Shown: one piece after another, positions 11,594 through 31,455 of the stretch
Position numbering within the stretch: position 1 is the stretch's first letter
Layout of the letters: every line of letters starts with the position of its first letter
From: Octopus vulgaris
Lineage: Eukaryota
DNA length: 64,000 nucleotides
Direction of reading: 5' to 3'
Assembly: GCA_951406725.2 (NCBI GenBank)
Contig: OX597843.1
Span: forward strand, 4,092,001 to 4,156,000
Program-made: the position numbers and the translations under genes
The notes under the pieces: model-generated
Told to the model about the DNA's origin: nothing
Database searches by the model: none
The model's input: only the letters and a program-made list of their open reading frames with translations

Positions 11594-12516
11594 CTGAAAC
11601 GGTAAACACAAAGAGGATTAACTAAAGGCTAGGATTGCAAATGGTGGCACACAAATGTACCAACTTCAACATTCAATCCTGAAAAGAGGAGAGGTTCTTC
11701 ATCATCATCATCATCATCATCGTGATTTAACATCCGCTTTCCATGCTGGCATGGGTTGGACGATCTGACAGAGGTCTGGCGAACCAGAAGGCTGCACCAT
11801 ACTCCAAACTGATCTGGCAACATATATATGTGTGTGTGTGTGTGTGTGTATATATACAGGTGTAGGAGTGGCTGTGTGGTAAGTAGCTTGCTTACCAACC
11901 ACATGGTTCCGGGTTCAGACCCACTGCATGGCACCTTGGGCAAGTGTCTTCTACTATAGCCTCGGGCCAACCAAAGCCTTGTGAGTGGATTTGGTAGACG
12001 GAAACTGACGCGAACCACTCCGTGAGTATATTGGGTGCCTTTTACGTGCTACCGGCACAAGGGCCAGATGAGGCTGGTAAACGGCCATAATCTGTAGGTG
12101 CTTTTACGTGTCACCGACACGGACGCCAGTCAGGCGGCGCTGGCAACTGCCACATTCGGACGGTCCTTTTAACGTGTCACCTGCACAGGTATCTTAACTA
12201 CAAATTCCACTCAATTTTCATTTTGATGTTGGTGTTGATGTACTTGACGCAATAGGTCTCCTCAAGCACAGCGGGTCACCCTACAATCCAAGGTTAGCAC
12301 AGTAGGCCGCCCTGCGAGCCATGAACTCACTTCATTTGTCGGGTCTTCACAGTCACAGCATATCTCAGAGGTCTCGGTCTTTATTTCCTCTGTGAAGCCC
12401 TACGTGCCACCGGCACAGGTATCACAACTACAATTTCCATTTCATTTTCATTTTGATGTTGGTGTTAAAGTACTTGACTCAAGAGGTCTCCTCAAGAACA
12501 GTGGGTCACTCTATTA

Positions 12517-12695
12517 CAGTGCTTTTGAAACTTTGTGCTGGAGTGGAACCCCAAGGAATCATTCCACTGGCTCGAGGAACCCCTGTGCAATAATTTAATA
12601 GTCTTATGCACACATATCTGCACAGGAGAATTAAAAATTACTGCCGATTTTAGCAGTTTTGTAACTTCTTGCGGAACCCTAGTTGAAAACCACTG
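12517..12695. mobile_element. hAT (Charlie-like) MITE
   Basis: CAGTG...CACTG termini with perfect 8-bp TSD CTCTATTA (12509-12516 and 12696-12703). Confidence 0.9.
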
Positions 12696-12776
12696 CTCTA
12701 TTATATCTGTTTATTTTTTGTTTGTTTATAGAAGCAAAGGAAAACAGACAACAGAATATCCAAAACAACAACTTAC

Positions 12777-12906
12777 CTCTCTATATTTTTGTAAGTATAA
12801 CTTTAAAGGATCGACGTAATTGTCAAAGCCCAAGGTAGACATAGCAAACAAGATATCTTCACCGTTGATGGTTTTTCGTTTCTCATGTTGACATCTTTCA
12901 CTGGCC
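12777..12906 (-). CDS. NFYB: NF-YB coding exon 5 (ASERCQHEKRKTINGEDILFAMSTLGFDNYVDPLKLYLQKYRE)
   Basis: Conserved KRKTINGEDIL...LYLQKYRE; ttag acceptor, GAG|GTAAGT donor; GA+G restores Glu. Confidence 0.97.
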
Positions 12907-14418
12907 CTAAGGTAAAGAAAAATTAGGTCAAGGGAAAATAACTGGTCCCTAGTTTTGGCCAATCCTGGACACATACATTTATATATGTACTAGCAGTATT
13001 GCCCAGCATTGCTCGGGCTTGTTTTCTTTTTGACCCTTTAGAATTGGAAGTTTTGAAAAGTAAAAATTTTGCATTATGTAGCTTGTTATTCTCTTTAAGT
13101 GAACATTTTTCTGGTTGAAATACACCGAAAAATGGTGAGACAGCACTAAAAGAAAATCGTAAAATATAGGGATTTCCATAGAAAAAAAGCACCTTTTTGA
13201 TGTAAATAATTTTTGGTGTTAACATGGTCCGATTTGAATTTTTTCTTCTACAGAAGGAAGAGCAAGCCTTCTATCAAACTCTCAATTTTGGTCAACTTAC
13301 GCCGCAGGGTCTTGGAGGAGATAGTGTTAGTTGAAGGCTACCAAACCTGCCATACACGGACAACTTCAGCTTTATATATATAGAGATATATGTGTGTGTG
13401 TGTATAATGAAACAGGAAGGTGGAAGTTTTTTGGTACTATTTAGTCACCATTACATGTGTTCCATTTACTAATAGGAATTACTAAGTTTTACACGTTAAG
13501 TAGACATGGAAAGAATTTTCTATTAGTAAAATCTTCAGAGAGAGAAATTAGATAATACAGATTGTATGTGTGGATGAAGGGATTATATTTAGATACTAAT
13601 TTGGGGCAACACAGATAATCCCTGTGAAGGGGGAAAAAAGTGAGAGATACACACATACACAGATGAAACAGTTGGAATTTACTCTAAGTACCTTTATAAT
13701 ATATATATATATGTGTATGTGTGTGTGTTTGTGTGTTTGTGTGTGTGTGTGTAAGTAGCTTGCTTACTAACCACATAGTTCCGGGTTCAGTCCCACTGTG
13801 TGACATCTTGGGCAAGTGTCTTCTACTATAGCCTCGGGCTGACCAAAGCCTTGTGAGTGGATTTGGTAGACGGAAACTGAAAGAAGCCCGTTGTATATAT
13901 ATATATATATATCATGTGACCGACCAGACCATTAGATGTTGCTACACATCACTGGTCACAATGCGCTTCGCATTGTTTTAGCCTTCGAGTAGGCCAACAG
14001 AAGAAAGAGTGAGAGAAAGAGTGGTGAAAGAGTACAGCAGGGATCACCACCCCCTGCCGGAGCCTCGTGGAGATTTTTTTAGGTGTTTTCGCTCAATAAA
14101 CACACACAACGCCCGGTCTGGGAATAAAAACCGCGATCCTACGACTACCAGTCCGCTGCCCTAATCACTGGGCCATTGCGCCTCCACACACATATATATA
14201 TATATATAATCTCATAATAATGACTTTTATTACTTTTATTCCTACCTCAGTTCTTCCGCCGAAACTACACCTGATTGTCCCCTTTCCATACTCATACACA
14301 TATGTGTCTGTCATGACCCATGCACTGTTCTTTACCTGACGCTTGTACATTACCCTATGTACTATACATACACTTTAGATGTGTTGTAGTGCACCTGAGC
14401 ACTGTACACAATGTTTTA

Positions 14419-14462
<44 letters not shown>

Positions 14463-14685
14463 CTGTTGTTACCTGGGAACCTTGTGGTTGGGAAGCAAGA
14501 TTCTTACCCCACAGCCACCATGCCTGTTCTCTATACACATGAGGAATTATACATATATAAATAAATACACACACATATGCGTATGTGTGTGAATATACAT
14601 TGATATGGGTTTGTTTCGTCCAGAAAACAAATATCTGTGAGCTGCGTCATTTTTTGGTTTGTTTTTCTTTCGAAAAAAAGGATAC
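12907..14685 (-). other. U12-type (minor spliceosome) GT-AG intron of NF-YB
   Basis: 5' site GTATCCTTT; branch sequence TTTCCCTTGAC with the A about 21 nt upstream of the 3' AG. Confidence 0.88.
12990..13386 (-). mobile_element. Non-autonomous Helitron-type element (inside the U12 intron)
   Basis: 5' TCTCTATATATATAAAG, 3' hairpin CCCGAGCAATGCTGGG then CTAG; inserted between A and T. Confidence 0.78.
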
Positions 14686-14753
14686 TCGCTTGTGATAAAA
14701 CTTATAAATTCTGAAACGCATTCCTGTACGCATTCTTTAGCATCTTTAGCAAT
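14686..14753 (-). CDS. NFYB: NF-YB coding exon 4 (IAKDAKECVQECVSEFISFITS-E)
   Basis: ctttcag acceptor; highly conserved NF-YB helix 2; donor GA|GTATCCTTT (U12 type). Confidence 0.97.
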
Positions 14754-15402
14754 CTGAAAGGATAAGAAAAAGAGAGATAAGAACTTGATGGTGGTGACCT
14801 TCAACACAGATTTTAACATTATATATATACATCCTGCTGCTTACTTCCTGGTTAGGTCAAATCTGTAGCACCATATTTCAGATATACACACACTCTTCAC
14901 TCTTTTACGCCTATACTTGTTTCAGTCATTTGATTGTGGCCATGCTGGAGCACCGCCTTTAGACGAGCAAATCGACGCCCCAGGACTTATTCTTTGTAAG
15001 CCTGGTACTTATTCTATCGGTCTCTTTTGCTGAACCGATAAGTTACGGGGATGTAAACACACCGGCATCGGTTGTCAAGCAATACTAGGGGGACAAACAC
15101 AGACACATATATATATACATATATACGATGGGCTTCTTTCAGTTTCCGTCAACCAAATCCACTCACAAGGCTTTGGTCAGCCTGAGGCTATAGTAGAAGA
15201 CACTTGACCAAACACAGACACACACACACATACACACTCACACACAATAGACAAACACAGACACACACACACATATATATATACACACATATATACGACG
15301 GGCTTCTTTCAGTTTCCATCTACATACAAAAGGAAAACATTGTGACATTTACATCGACAACTTAATTGCAGACATTGGCCGGGAATTAATATTTTTACTT
15401 AC

Positions 15403-15468
15403 TTTACCGGTTCTTGGAATTGACTTTTTCATGATTCTGGCGACATTAGCAATTGGAAGGAAGCGGTC
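15403..15468 (-). CDS. NFYB: NF-YB coding exon 3 (DRFLPIANVARIMKKSIPRTGK)
   Basis: Poly-T + cag acceptor, GTAAGT donor; canonical NF-YB/HAP3 helix 1 motif. Confidence 0.97.
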
Positions 15469-15896
15469 CTGAAAAAAAAAAGAAGTAACCATGAGAAAGT
15501 GTAAAGACCCTTCTGGAAATTCCCTGCCTAAATGAAACAGAATGTGTATCCCCCTACAAGATCAGTAACCTGGGCAGAATCAGGTTTCCCGTGCCACCAG
15601 CACAAGTGTTAGTAAGGCGACACGGTAACGATCATGCTCGAATGGTGTGCTTAACGTGCCATCGTCACGGAGGCCAGCTTGTTGCTCTGGCAACGATCTC
15701 ACTCGTATGGTACTCTTAGCGCTCCACTAGCAACGGATGCCAGTCACCGAGTTTGATTTCACTTGCCTCAATTGATCTTCGCAAGCAGAGTTTAGTGTCC
15801 AAAGAAGGAAAAGGTACGCATAAGTGGGCTGGTTACACACCTGGCATAGGCTACAATTATAAATAACTCTTTTGATGTTTTATGAAATTCTGATAA

Positions 15897-16298
15897 CACT
15901 TACTCTTTTTCATGTTTCAGTCATTTGACTGCGGCCATGCTGGAGCACCGCCTTTAATCGTGCAAATCGACCCCAGGACTTATACTTTGTAAGCTCAGTA
16001 CTTATTCTATCGGTCTCTTTTGCCGAACTGCTAAGTGGCGGGGACGTAAGCACACCAGCATCAGTTGTCAAGCAATGCTAGGGGGACAAACACAGACACA
16101 CACACACACATACATATATATATATACATATATACGACAGGCTTCTTTCAGTTTCCGTCTACCAAATCCACTCACAAGGCCTTGGTCGGCCCGGGGCTTT
16201 TGCAGAAGACACTTGCCCAAGATGCTACGCAGTGGGACTGAACCCCGAACCATGTGGGTGGTTAGCAAGCTACTTACCACACAGCCACTTTTGCGCCT
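15897..16298 (-). mobile_element. SINE family 1, full copy
   Basis: Same structure; further partial copies at 10970-11200, 11858-12008, 13750-13893, 14900-15325. Confidence 0.88.
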
Positions 16299-16480
16299 AT
16301 ACTGTTTACTGTAGTACAGTATTTTCTCACCAGATGGTGTTACCCTCGTGGCAGTAGCATCAACAAGTGATGTGTACAACGTGGAGGACGTACGATTATC
16401 GTTTGAGGAACATAAGATGTAGCATGCTGTTTGTACACAGGTACCATACAATGTCTCCACTCTGAGAGAATTGTTATATT

Positions 16481-17815
16481 CCTATTTCTTTATTACCCAC
16501 AAGGGGCTAAACATAGAGGAGACAAACAAGGACAGACATAGGTATTAAGTCGATTATATCGACCCCAGTGCGTAACTGGTACTTAATTTATCGACCCCGA
16601 AAGGATGAAAGGCAAAGTCGACCTCGGCGGAATTTGAACTCACAACGTAACGGCAGACGAAATACCTATTTCTTTACTACCCACAAGGGGCTAAACATAG
16701 AGGGGACAAACAAGGACAGACATAGGTATTAAGTCGATTACATCGACCCCAGTGCTAACTGGTACTTAATTTGTCGACTCCGAAAGGATGAAAGGCAAAG
16801 TCGACCTCGGCAGAATTTGAACTCACAACGTAACGGCAGACGAAATACCTATTTCTTTACTACCCACAAGGGGCTAAACACAGAGGGGACAAACAAGGAC
16901 AGACATAGGGATTAAGTCGATTATATGGGCCCCAGTGCGTAACTGGTACCTAATTTATCGACCCCGAAAGGATGAAAAGCAAAGTCAACCTCGGCGGAAT
17001 TTGAACTCACAACGTAACGGCAGCCGAAATACCTATTTCTTTACTACCCACAAGGGGCTAAACATAGAGGGGACAAACAAGGACAGACATAGGTATTAAG
17101 TCGATTACATCGACCCCAGTGCTAACTGGTACTTAATTTGTCGACTCCGAAAGGATGAAAGGCAAAGTCGACCTCGGCAGAATTTGAACTCACAACGTAA
17201 CGGCAGACGAAATACCTATTTCTTTACTACCCACAAGGGGCTAAACACAGAGGGGACAAACAAGGACAGACATAGGGATTAAGTCGATTATATGGGCCCC
17301 AGTGCGTAACTGGTACCTAATTTATCGACCCCGAAAGGATGAAAAGCAAAGTCAACCTCGGCGGAATTTGAACTCACAACGTAACGGCAGCCGAAATACC
17401 TATTTCTTTACTACCCACAAGGGGCTAAACATAGAGGGGACAAACAAGGACAGACATAGGTATTAAGTCGATTATATCGACCCCAGTGCGTAACTGGTAC
17501 TTAATTTGTCGACTCCGAAAGGATGAAAGGCAAAGTCGACCTCGGCAGAATTTGAACTCACAACGTAACGGCAGACGAAATACCTATTTCTTTACTACCC
17601 ACAAGGGGCTAAACATAGAGGGGACAAACAAGGACAGACAAAGGGATTAAGTCGACTACATCGACCCCAGTGCATAACTGGTACTTAATTTATCGACCCC
17701 GAAAGGATGAAAGGCAAAGTCGACCTCGGCGGAATTTGAACTCGGAACGTAATGGCAGACGAAATACCGCTAAATATTTCGCCCGACGTGCTAACAATTC
17801 TGCCAGCTCGCCGCC
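16481..17815 (-). mobile_element. tRNA-derived SINE family 2 (Nin/Deu-like central domain) as a 7-unit concatemer
   Basis: Units start at 16481, 16665, 16848, 17032, 17215, 17399, 17583 (183-184 bp); single head at 17815; box B GAGTTCAAATTCC; GCCTTTCATCCTTTCGGGGTCGATAAA domain. Confidence 0.9.
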
Positions 17816-17942
17816 TTTTTGAAATTGTTATATTCCTGTTATATATGCCAGTGGCAAGTGTATATATATATATATGATACGGTGGATGCATAGAAAACTG
17901 GAGTCGGCCAAGAATTGATGGAACAACAAAATAAATGCCTAC

Positions 17943-18013
17943 CTGTTCTCGTAGAGGTTCGTCCATGCGGAAGTCACCTTCGCCTTCTCCTGACGATACC
18001 ATTCCCTCGTCAT
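17943..18013 (-). CDS. NFYB: NF-YB coding exon 2 (DEGMVSSGEGEGDFRMDEPLREQ)
   Basis: cttccag acceptor, CAG|GTAGG donor; ends in the conserved LREQ preceding the histone fold. Confidence 0.92.
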
Positions 18014-18355
18014 CTGGAAGATGGACAACAGCAGACGTTTAAGGGATGTGAGAAAAAGAGAGAGAGGGAAAGAAACAGATTTAATGAGAGAGGGAGAAAG
18101 GGAGTTGGAGATGGAATGGTAAAGAGAAAGAGGAGGAGGAGGATATAGAACAAGAGAGAGAGAGAGAGTGAGGGTGATGCACTGATAGTGAAAGGGATCT
18201 AATGAGAGAGGGGAGGAGGAAATTAGGAATTAAATGAATGAGAGAGAGAGAGAGAGGGAGAGAGAGGGGGGTGGAGATTACAAAAGTTGATGGTTAAATT
18301 AAAACCATTTCTCTTAATTAAATGATGACAGAAGTCTGATATAAGAAAAAAATTG

Positions 18356-18736
18356 GATAAAAGACTGGTCTAATATAGGAGGAAGTAAGATAAAGACTGG
18401 TCTAATTGAGGAGGAAGTGAGATGAAAGATGGTCTAATTGAGGAGGAAATGAGAAAGATGGTCTAATATAGGAGGAAGTGAGATAAAGACTGGTCTAATT
18501 GAGGAGGAAGTGAGATGAAAGATGGTCTAACATAGGAGGAAGTAAGAAAAAAACTGGTCTAATTGAGGAAATGGGATGAAAGATGGTCTAATTGGGGAGG
18601 AAGTGAGATAAAGACTGGTCTAATTGAGGAGGAAGTGAGATGAAAGATGGTCTAACATAAGAGGAAGTGAGATAAAGACTGGTCTAATTGAGGAGGAAAT
18701 GAGATGAAAGACTGGTCTAATATAGGAGGAAGTGAT
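18356..18736. repeat. ~31-bp minisatellite
   Basis: About 12 copies of GAGGAGGAAGTGAGATGAAAGATGGTCTAATT variants; one inverted unit at 19139-19159. Confidence 0.9.
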
Positions 18737-19403
18737 CTCGCTTCCTCCTATATTGGAAGCACTCCGTCGGTTACGACGACGAGTGTTACGGTTGATCCGA
18801 TCAACGGAACAGCCTACTCGTGAAATTAACGTGTAAGTGGCTGAGCACTCCACAGACACGTGTACCCTTAACGTAGTTCTCGGGGATATTCAGCGTGACA
18901 CAGAGAGTGACAAGGCCGGCCCTTTGAAATACAGGTACAACAGAAACAGGAAGTAAGAGTGAGAGAAAGTTGTGGTGAAAGAGTACAGCAGGGATCACCA
19001 CCATCCCCTGCCGAAGCCTCGTGGAACTTTTAGGTGTTTTCGCTCAATAAACACTCACAACGCCCGGTCTGGGAATTGAAACTGCGATCCTATGACCGCG
19101 AGTCCGTTGCCCTAACCACTGGGCCATTGCGCCTCCACCCTCCTATATTAGACCAGTCTAAAGAGCAATGCATTTGCAAACATCAGAGTTAGCAACAGAC
19201 TAAAGAGTTTTGTGAGTTTAGGAACAAGCTTTGGTGCCCAACACTTGAAGGGAACGGAACTGAAAGTCTAGGACTACAATTAGCCATTGAAGTCCTCAGT
19301 TTTCAAGCAGATTAAGCTGGTATTTCTAACAGGTTAAGCAAATAATGTACAGGTTCTCTGTGGTAAGAGAGAGAGAGAGAGAGAGAGAGAAAAAGATCCT
19401 TAC

Positions 19404-19488
19404 CGTCACCATATTGGCTATTTCCAGGAATGAAAGGTTCTGTGAGGACAGAAGCATCACCGGCGCCATCACTTGAGCTGGCATCCAT
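19404..19488 (-). CDS. NFYB: NF-YB coding exon 1 (MDASSSDGAGDASVLTEPFIPGNSQYGD)
   Basis: ATG at 19488, 85 nt, donor G|GTAAGG; phase 1 joins the next exon to form GAT. The N-terminus is poorly conserved, so assignment rests on phase and position. Confidence 0.8.
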
Positions 19489-19546
19489 TCTTTAAAAGCT
19501 TGAATGAAATCAAAAAGAAAAGAATTATATTAACATCTACAAAGAT

Positions 19547-19715
19547 AGGCGCAGGAGTGGCTGTGTGGTAAGTAGCTTGCTTACCAACCACATGGTTCCG
19601 GGTTCAGTCCCACTGCGTGGCACCTTGGGCAAGTGTCTTCTGCTATAGCCCCGGGGCCGACCAATGCCTTGTGAGTGGATTTGGTAGACGGAAACTGAAA
19701 GAAGCCCGCCGTATA

Positions 19716-19798
<83 letters not shown>

Positions 19799-20160
19799 GC
19801 GTGTTTGTGTATCTGTTGTGTTTGTTCCCCTAGCATTGCTTGACAACCGATGCTGGTGTGTTTATGTCCTCTGCTGTAGCCTCGGGCCGACCAATGCCTT
19901 GTGAGTGGATTTGGTAGACGGAAACTGAAAGAAGCCTGTCGTATATATTTTTATATATATATATGTGTGTTTGTCCCCCTAGCATTGCTTGACAACCGAT
20001 GCTGGTGTGTTATCGTCCCTGTAACTTAGCGGTTCGGCAAAAGAAATCGATGGAATAAGTACTAGGCTTACAAAGAATAAGTCCCGGGGTCGAGTTGCTC
20101 GACTAAAAAAGGCGGTGCTCCAGCATGGCCGCAGTCAAATGACTGAAACAAGTAAAAGAG
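19547..20160 (+). mobile_element. SINE family 1 with internal duplication
   Basis: Head at 19547, central part repeated, tail ends 20160. Confidence 0.85.
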
Positions 20161-20234
20161 GATCGACTTGTCACGACGAGCTAGCTGGGATGCGCGTGTG
20201 CGTGCACCGGGACCACTGTTCTCTAGGAGTACCC

Positions 20235-20297
<63 letters not shown>

Positions 20298-20808
20298 CGT
20301 CGATGCTATGTCTACAGAACGAACACACAGACACAGAGATGTCATCCTTATAGCATAGATACGCAGGCTTTGATCAAATCAACGGGACGAACACACAGAC
20401 ACAGAACGTAGTTGATACAATGTTGACGGAACGAACACACGAACACAGACACAGAGCGCGGTGTGTGTGTGTGCAATGTATCTGTACTCCGCGCTCTCTC
20501 TCCCTCTCTCTCTCTCTCTGTCTGTTGATCAAATCAACGGAACGAACACACAGACACAGAAAGTGGAGTTACAGATACATTGCACACACGCAATCACACA
20601 CACGCTTCATTTTCTACTCTAAGGCACGAGGCCCGAAATTTTGGGGAAAGGGGGGGGGGGCAGTCGATTTACATCGACCGCAGTACGTAACTGGTACTTA
20701 ATTTATCGATCCCCCGAAAGGATGAAAGGCAAGGTCGACCTCGGTACTACTAGTCGCTCCGGTGCGCGCACTCGCGTAGTCGCGCTAGATAGTCGTGACT
20801 AGTCGATC
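20160..20808. mobile_element. CpG-rich foldback/MITE-like element with ~65-70-bp TIRs
   Basis: GGATCGACT..GCACCGGGACCACTGTT..AGTACC and its inverse at the other end; internal GATCAAATCAACGGAACGAACACACAGACACAGA modules; copies at 32034-32543, 33352-34132, 35331-36398. Confidence 0.72.
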
Positions 20809-21001
20809 CTACAACGACTAGCTAGAAAAGTAAATAAAACACAAAATAAAATAAAACAAAAACACAAAGTAAATAACAACCACATGGTTCCGGGTTCAGT
20901 CCCACTGCGTGGCACCTTGGGCAAGTGTCTTCTGCTATAGCCCCGGGCCGACCATTGCCTTGTGTGTGGATTTGGTAGACGGAAACTGAAAGAAGCCCGT
21001 C

Positions 21002-27209
<6,208 letters not shown>

Positions 27210-27443
27210 ATATATATATACATATATATATATACACATATATATATATAAATATACATATACATATATATATATATACATATATATATATACATATATA
27301 TATATATACATATATACATATATATATACATATATATATATACATACATATATATACATATATATATATACATATATACACATATATATATATACATATA
27401 CATATATATATACATATACATATATATATACATATACATATAC

Positions 27444-27626
<183 letters not shown>

Positions 27627-27719
27627 TATACATATATATATATACACATATATATACATATATATATATACATATATATACATATATATATATACATATA
27701 CATATATACATATATATAT

Positions 27720-27780
<61 letters not shown>

Positions 27781-27833
27781 CATATACATATATATATATA
27801 TATACATATATATACATATATATATATATATAT

Positions 27834-30242
27834 CCGACACTACTCTCGGATCACAACATGGTAGAGCTGACCATGTACGGGCCAAAAGAGAGCACGGACA
27901 TGCAGCCTACAAGAAACCTCAGAATCTTTCCAGCTTGAACTTCAATAAGGCAAACTGGAAACAAATTGAGAAAGAGATCCTCAAACAAAACTGGCCTGAA
28001 TGTCTCTCCTCGCCGGACATCGACATGATACTTCAACAATTCATGTCTGTAATGCAAGCCATATGCTACAAATGTGTCCCAGAGAGAAAGGCCACTGTAC
28101 ACAAGAACAAAATCCCCAGAGAGAGGAAAATTTTAATGAGACGGCGTACAAAAATTTCAAATCGCCTAAACAAACAAATTGAAAGTAGTGAAAAGTCCCG
28201 CCTGAAAATAAAACTGTTGGAAATTGAAAATTGTCTGCAACTTTCCCATGAGAAGGAAAGAGCAGACAAAGAAGCCTGGGCTATAGACAACATAAAAACT
28301 AACCCCAGAGCTTTCTACAGGTATGCCAAAGAAACGGCTACAGTGCACTGTAGGATAGGGCCACTCCTTGAAAAGGATGGCACACTCACAGGAAAACCAA
28401 TGAGGGTAAGTGAAATACTGAATGAACAATTCAAGAGTGTTTTCACTCCACCCCTTGGGCATTTCCAAATCAGCAATCCAACTGACTTCTTTACCACTGC
28501 AGATATAGAATCAGAGGCGGCGACGATAAGTTACATCGAGATAAAGGAAGACGATGTAATAAAGGCTATAGATGAAATGAAAATAGACTCAGCTACTGGC
28601 CCCGATGGATTCCCGGCAATCCTCCTAAAAGTATGTAAGAGAGTCTTAGCAAGACCACTGCAGTCCCTATTTCAGAGCTTCCTTGCAGCTGGCAAACTTC
28701 CAAGGGGACTGAAGGAAGGTAAAATATGCCCTATTCATAAAGGAGGTAGCAGAGCGGAGGCAAAGAACTACAGACCTATCTCTCTGACCTCACACATCAG
28801 CAAGGTCATGGAACGAATAGTCAGAAGGAAACTAATCACCTTCCTTGAAGAAAATGACTTGCTGCCTGACACCCAACATGGTTTCCGACCAGGAAGAAGC
28901 TGCTTAACTCAGCTCCTGCAGCACTATGACTGGGTGCTGAAACAACTGCTCAACCACTCAAATGTGGAAGTCATATATCTCGACTTCGCAAAGGCCTTCG
29001 ATAAAGTCGATCACGGAATGATATGTCACAGGCTGCGTGATCTTGGCATAGTTGGAAAACTAGGAGAATGGCTTCACGACTTTCTGAGGAATAGAAGTCA
29101 GGTGGTAATAGCCAATGGGGCCACTTCCATTAACACGCAAATAATGAGTGGTGTTCCACAGGGCACTGTTTTGGGACCACTACTGTTCATAATGGCCCTC
29201 TCAGACATGCCCTCAGCCACGCAGAGAGCCACGATCACAAGTTATGCAGATGATACAAAAGTTTCACAGGCAATACAGAACCCTGAGGACACTAAAAACC
29301 TGCAATGTGAGCTGGACGAAATATACAAGTGGGCTGAAAAGAATAGCATGCAGTTCAATGCTGGAAAGTTTCAAGCTTTATACTATCAGCATGCAAAACT
29401 GAATGCAATACCCAATGAATACACTGGACCCGGAGGGATTGCAATCCCAGAGGCACAATCAGTGCGTGACCTGGGTATTCACATGAGTGATGACGCGACC
29501 TTTCATGTACATGTTGCTAAACTGACAGTGAAATGTAGACGGCTGGCTGGCTGGATTCTTAGAACCTTTAGAACAAGAGAACAAGAAACCATGATGGTCC
29601 TCTGGAAGACACTTGTCCTAAGCCACTTTGACTATTGCTCTCAGCTATGGTCACCATCCAGTGTCAAGTTGATCACAGAACTTGAGGCGATCCAACGAAG
29701 CTACACAAAGAAGATAGCCTCTATGCAGAATGTAAGCTACTGGGAAAGACTCAAGAGATTAAAATTATACTCCCTGGAGCGTAGGCGGGAAAGATATGCC
29801 ATAATATACATCTGGAAGATCCTGGAGGGAAGTGTCCTGAACTTTGGCATCGAGAGTTACACAAATGCCAGAACTGGGCGCACTGCGTGGTGCCTAGGAC
29901 TCCAAACCTGCCATCAAGATGTAGGACAAGATTCTGTGATAGCCTGGGCTTCCGAGGCCCACAGCTCTTCAATATCCTCCCGAAGAACCTGAGAGACCTG
30001 CATGGGGTGGATACAGATGTCTTTAAAATGAAGCTGGATCTCTTCCTGTCAGGTGTCCCAGATGAACCAACTTCACGGCAGGAGGGGCAGATGAGGGCAG
30101 CTGCATCGAACTCTCTCATGCACCAAATAGCAGTTGCTAGAAAGCCTCCATGAAGTGAAACCAAGTAGCAACACCAAATGGCGGTGCCCCAGCATGGCCA
30201 CAGCTCATAGGCTGGAACTGGAATCAATCAATCAATCAATCA
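27834..30242 (+). mobile_element. LINE copy 2, 5'-truncated, frameshifted
   Basis: Homologous to copy 1 from about 24800 onward; 1-nt deletions near 27917 and 29880 (gggcgcact vs gggcgccact); same (ATCA)n tail. Confidence 0.93.
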
Positions 30243-30267
30243 TACATATATATATATACATATATAC

Positions 30268-30299
<32 letters not shown>

Positions 30300-30327
30300 A
30301 TATATATACATATATATATACATATAC

Positions 30328-30392
<65 letters not shown>

Positions 30393-30599
30393 TATACATA
30401 TACATATATATACATATATAAATATATATACATATATAAATATATACATATATAAATATATACATATATAAATATATACATATATAAATATATACATATA
30501 TATATATACATATATATACATATATATATATACATATATATACATACATATATATACATATATATATATATACATATATATATATACATATATATATAC

Positions 30600-30670
<71 letters not shown>

Positions 30671-30681
30671 CATATATATAC

Positions 30682-30732
<51 letters not shown>

Positions 30733-30737
30733 TATAC

Positions 30738-30836
<99 letters not shown>

Positions 30837-31057
30837 CATATATATATATACATATATATATATACATATATATATATACATACATATATATACATATATA
30901 TATATATACATATACATATATATACATACATATATATACATATATATATATATACATATACATATATATACATATACATATATATACATATATATATATA
31001 TACATATACATATATATACATATACATATATATATATATACATATATATACATATAC

Positions 31058-31104
<47 letters not shown>

Positions 31105-31407
31105 CATATATATATATACATATATATATATACATATATATATATACATATATATATATATACATATACATATATATATACATATATATATACATACATA
31201 TATATACATATATATATATACATACATATATATACACATATATATATACATACATATATATACATATATATATATATACATACATATACATATATATACA
31301 TATATATATATATACATATATATACATATATATACATATATATATATATACATATATATACATATATATACATATATATATATATACATATATATACATA
31401 TATATAC

Positions 31408-31455
<48 letters not shown>

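Noticed and set aside
16331-16426. Possible 96-nt poison cassette exon in an NF-YB intron
   Set aside because: Donor is plausible but the acceptor lacks a pyrimidine tract; no other support.
16481-17815. CRISPR-like regular array
   Set aside because: Whole 184-bp units repeat with no unique spacers; it is a SINE concatemer in a eukaryote.
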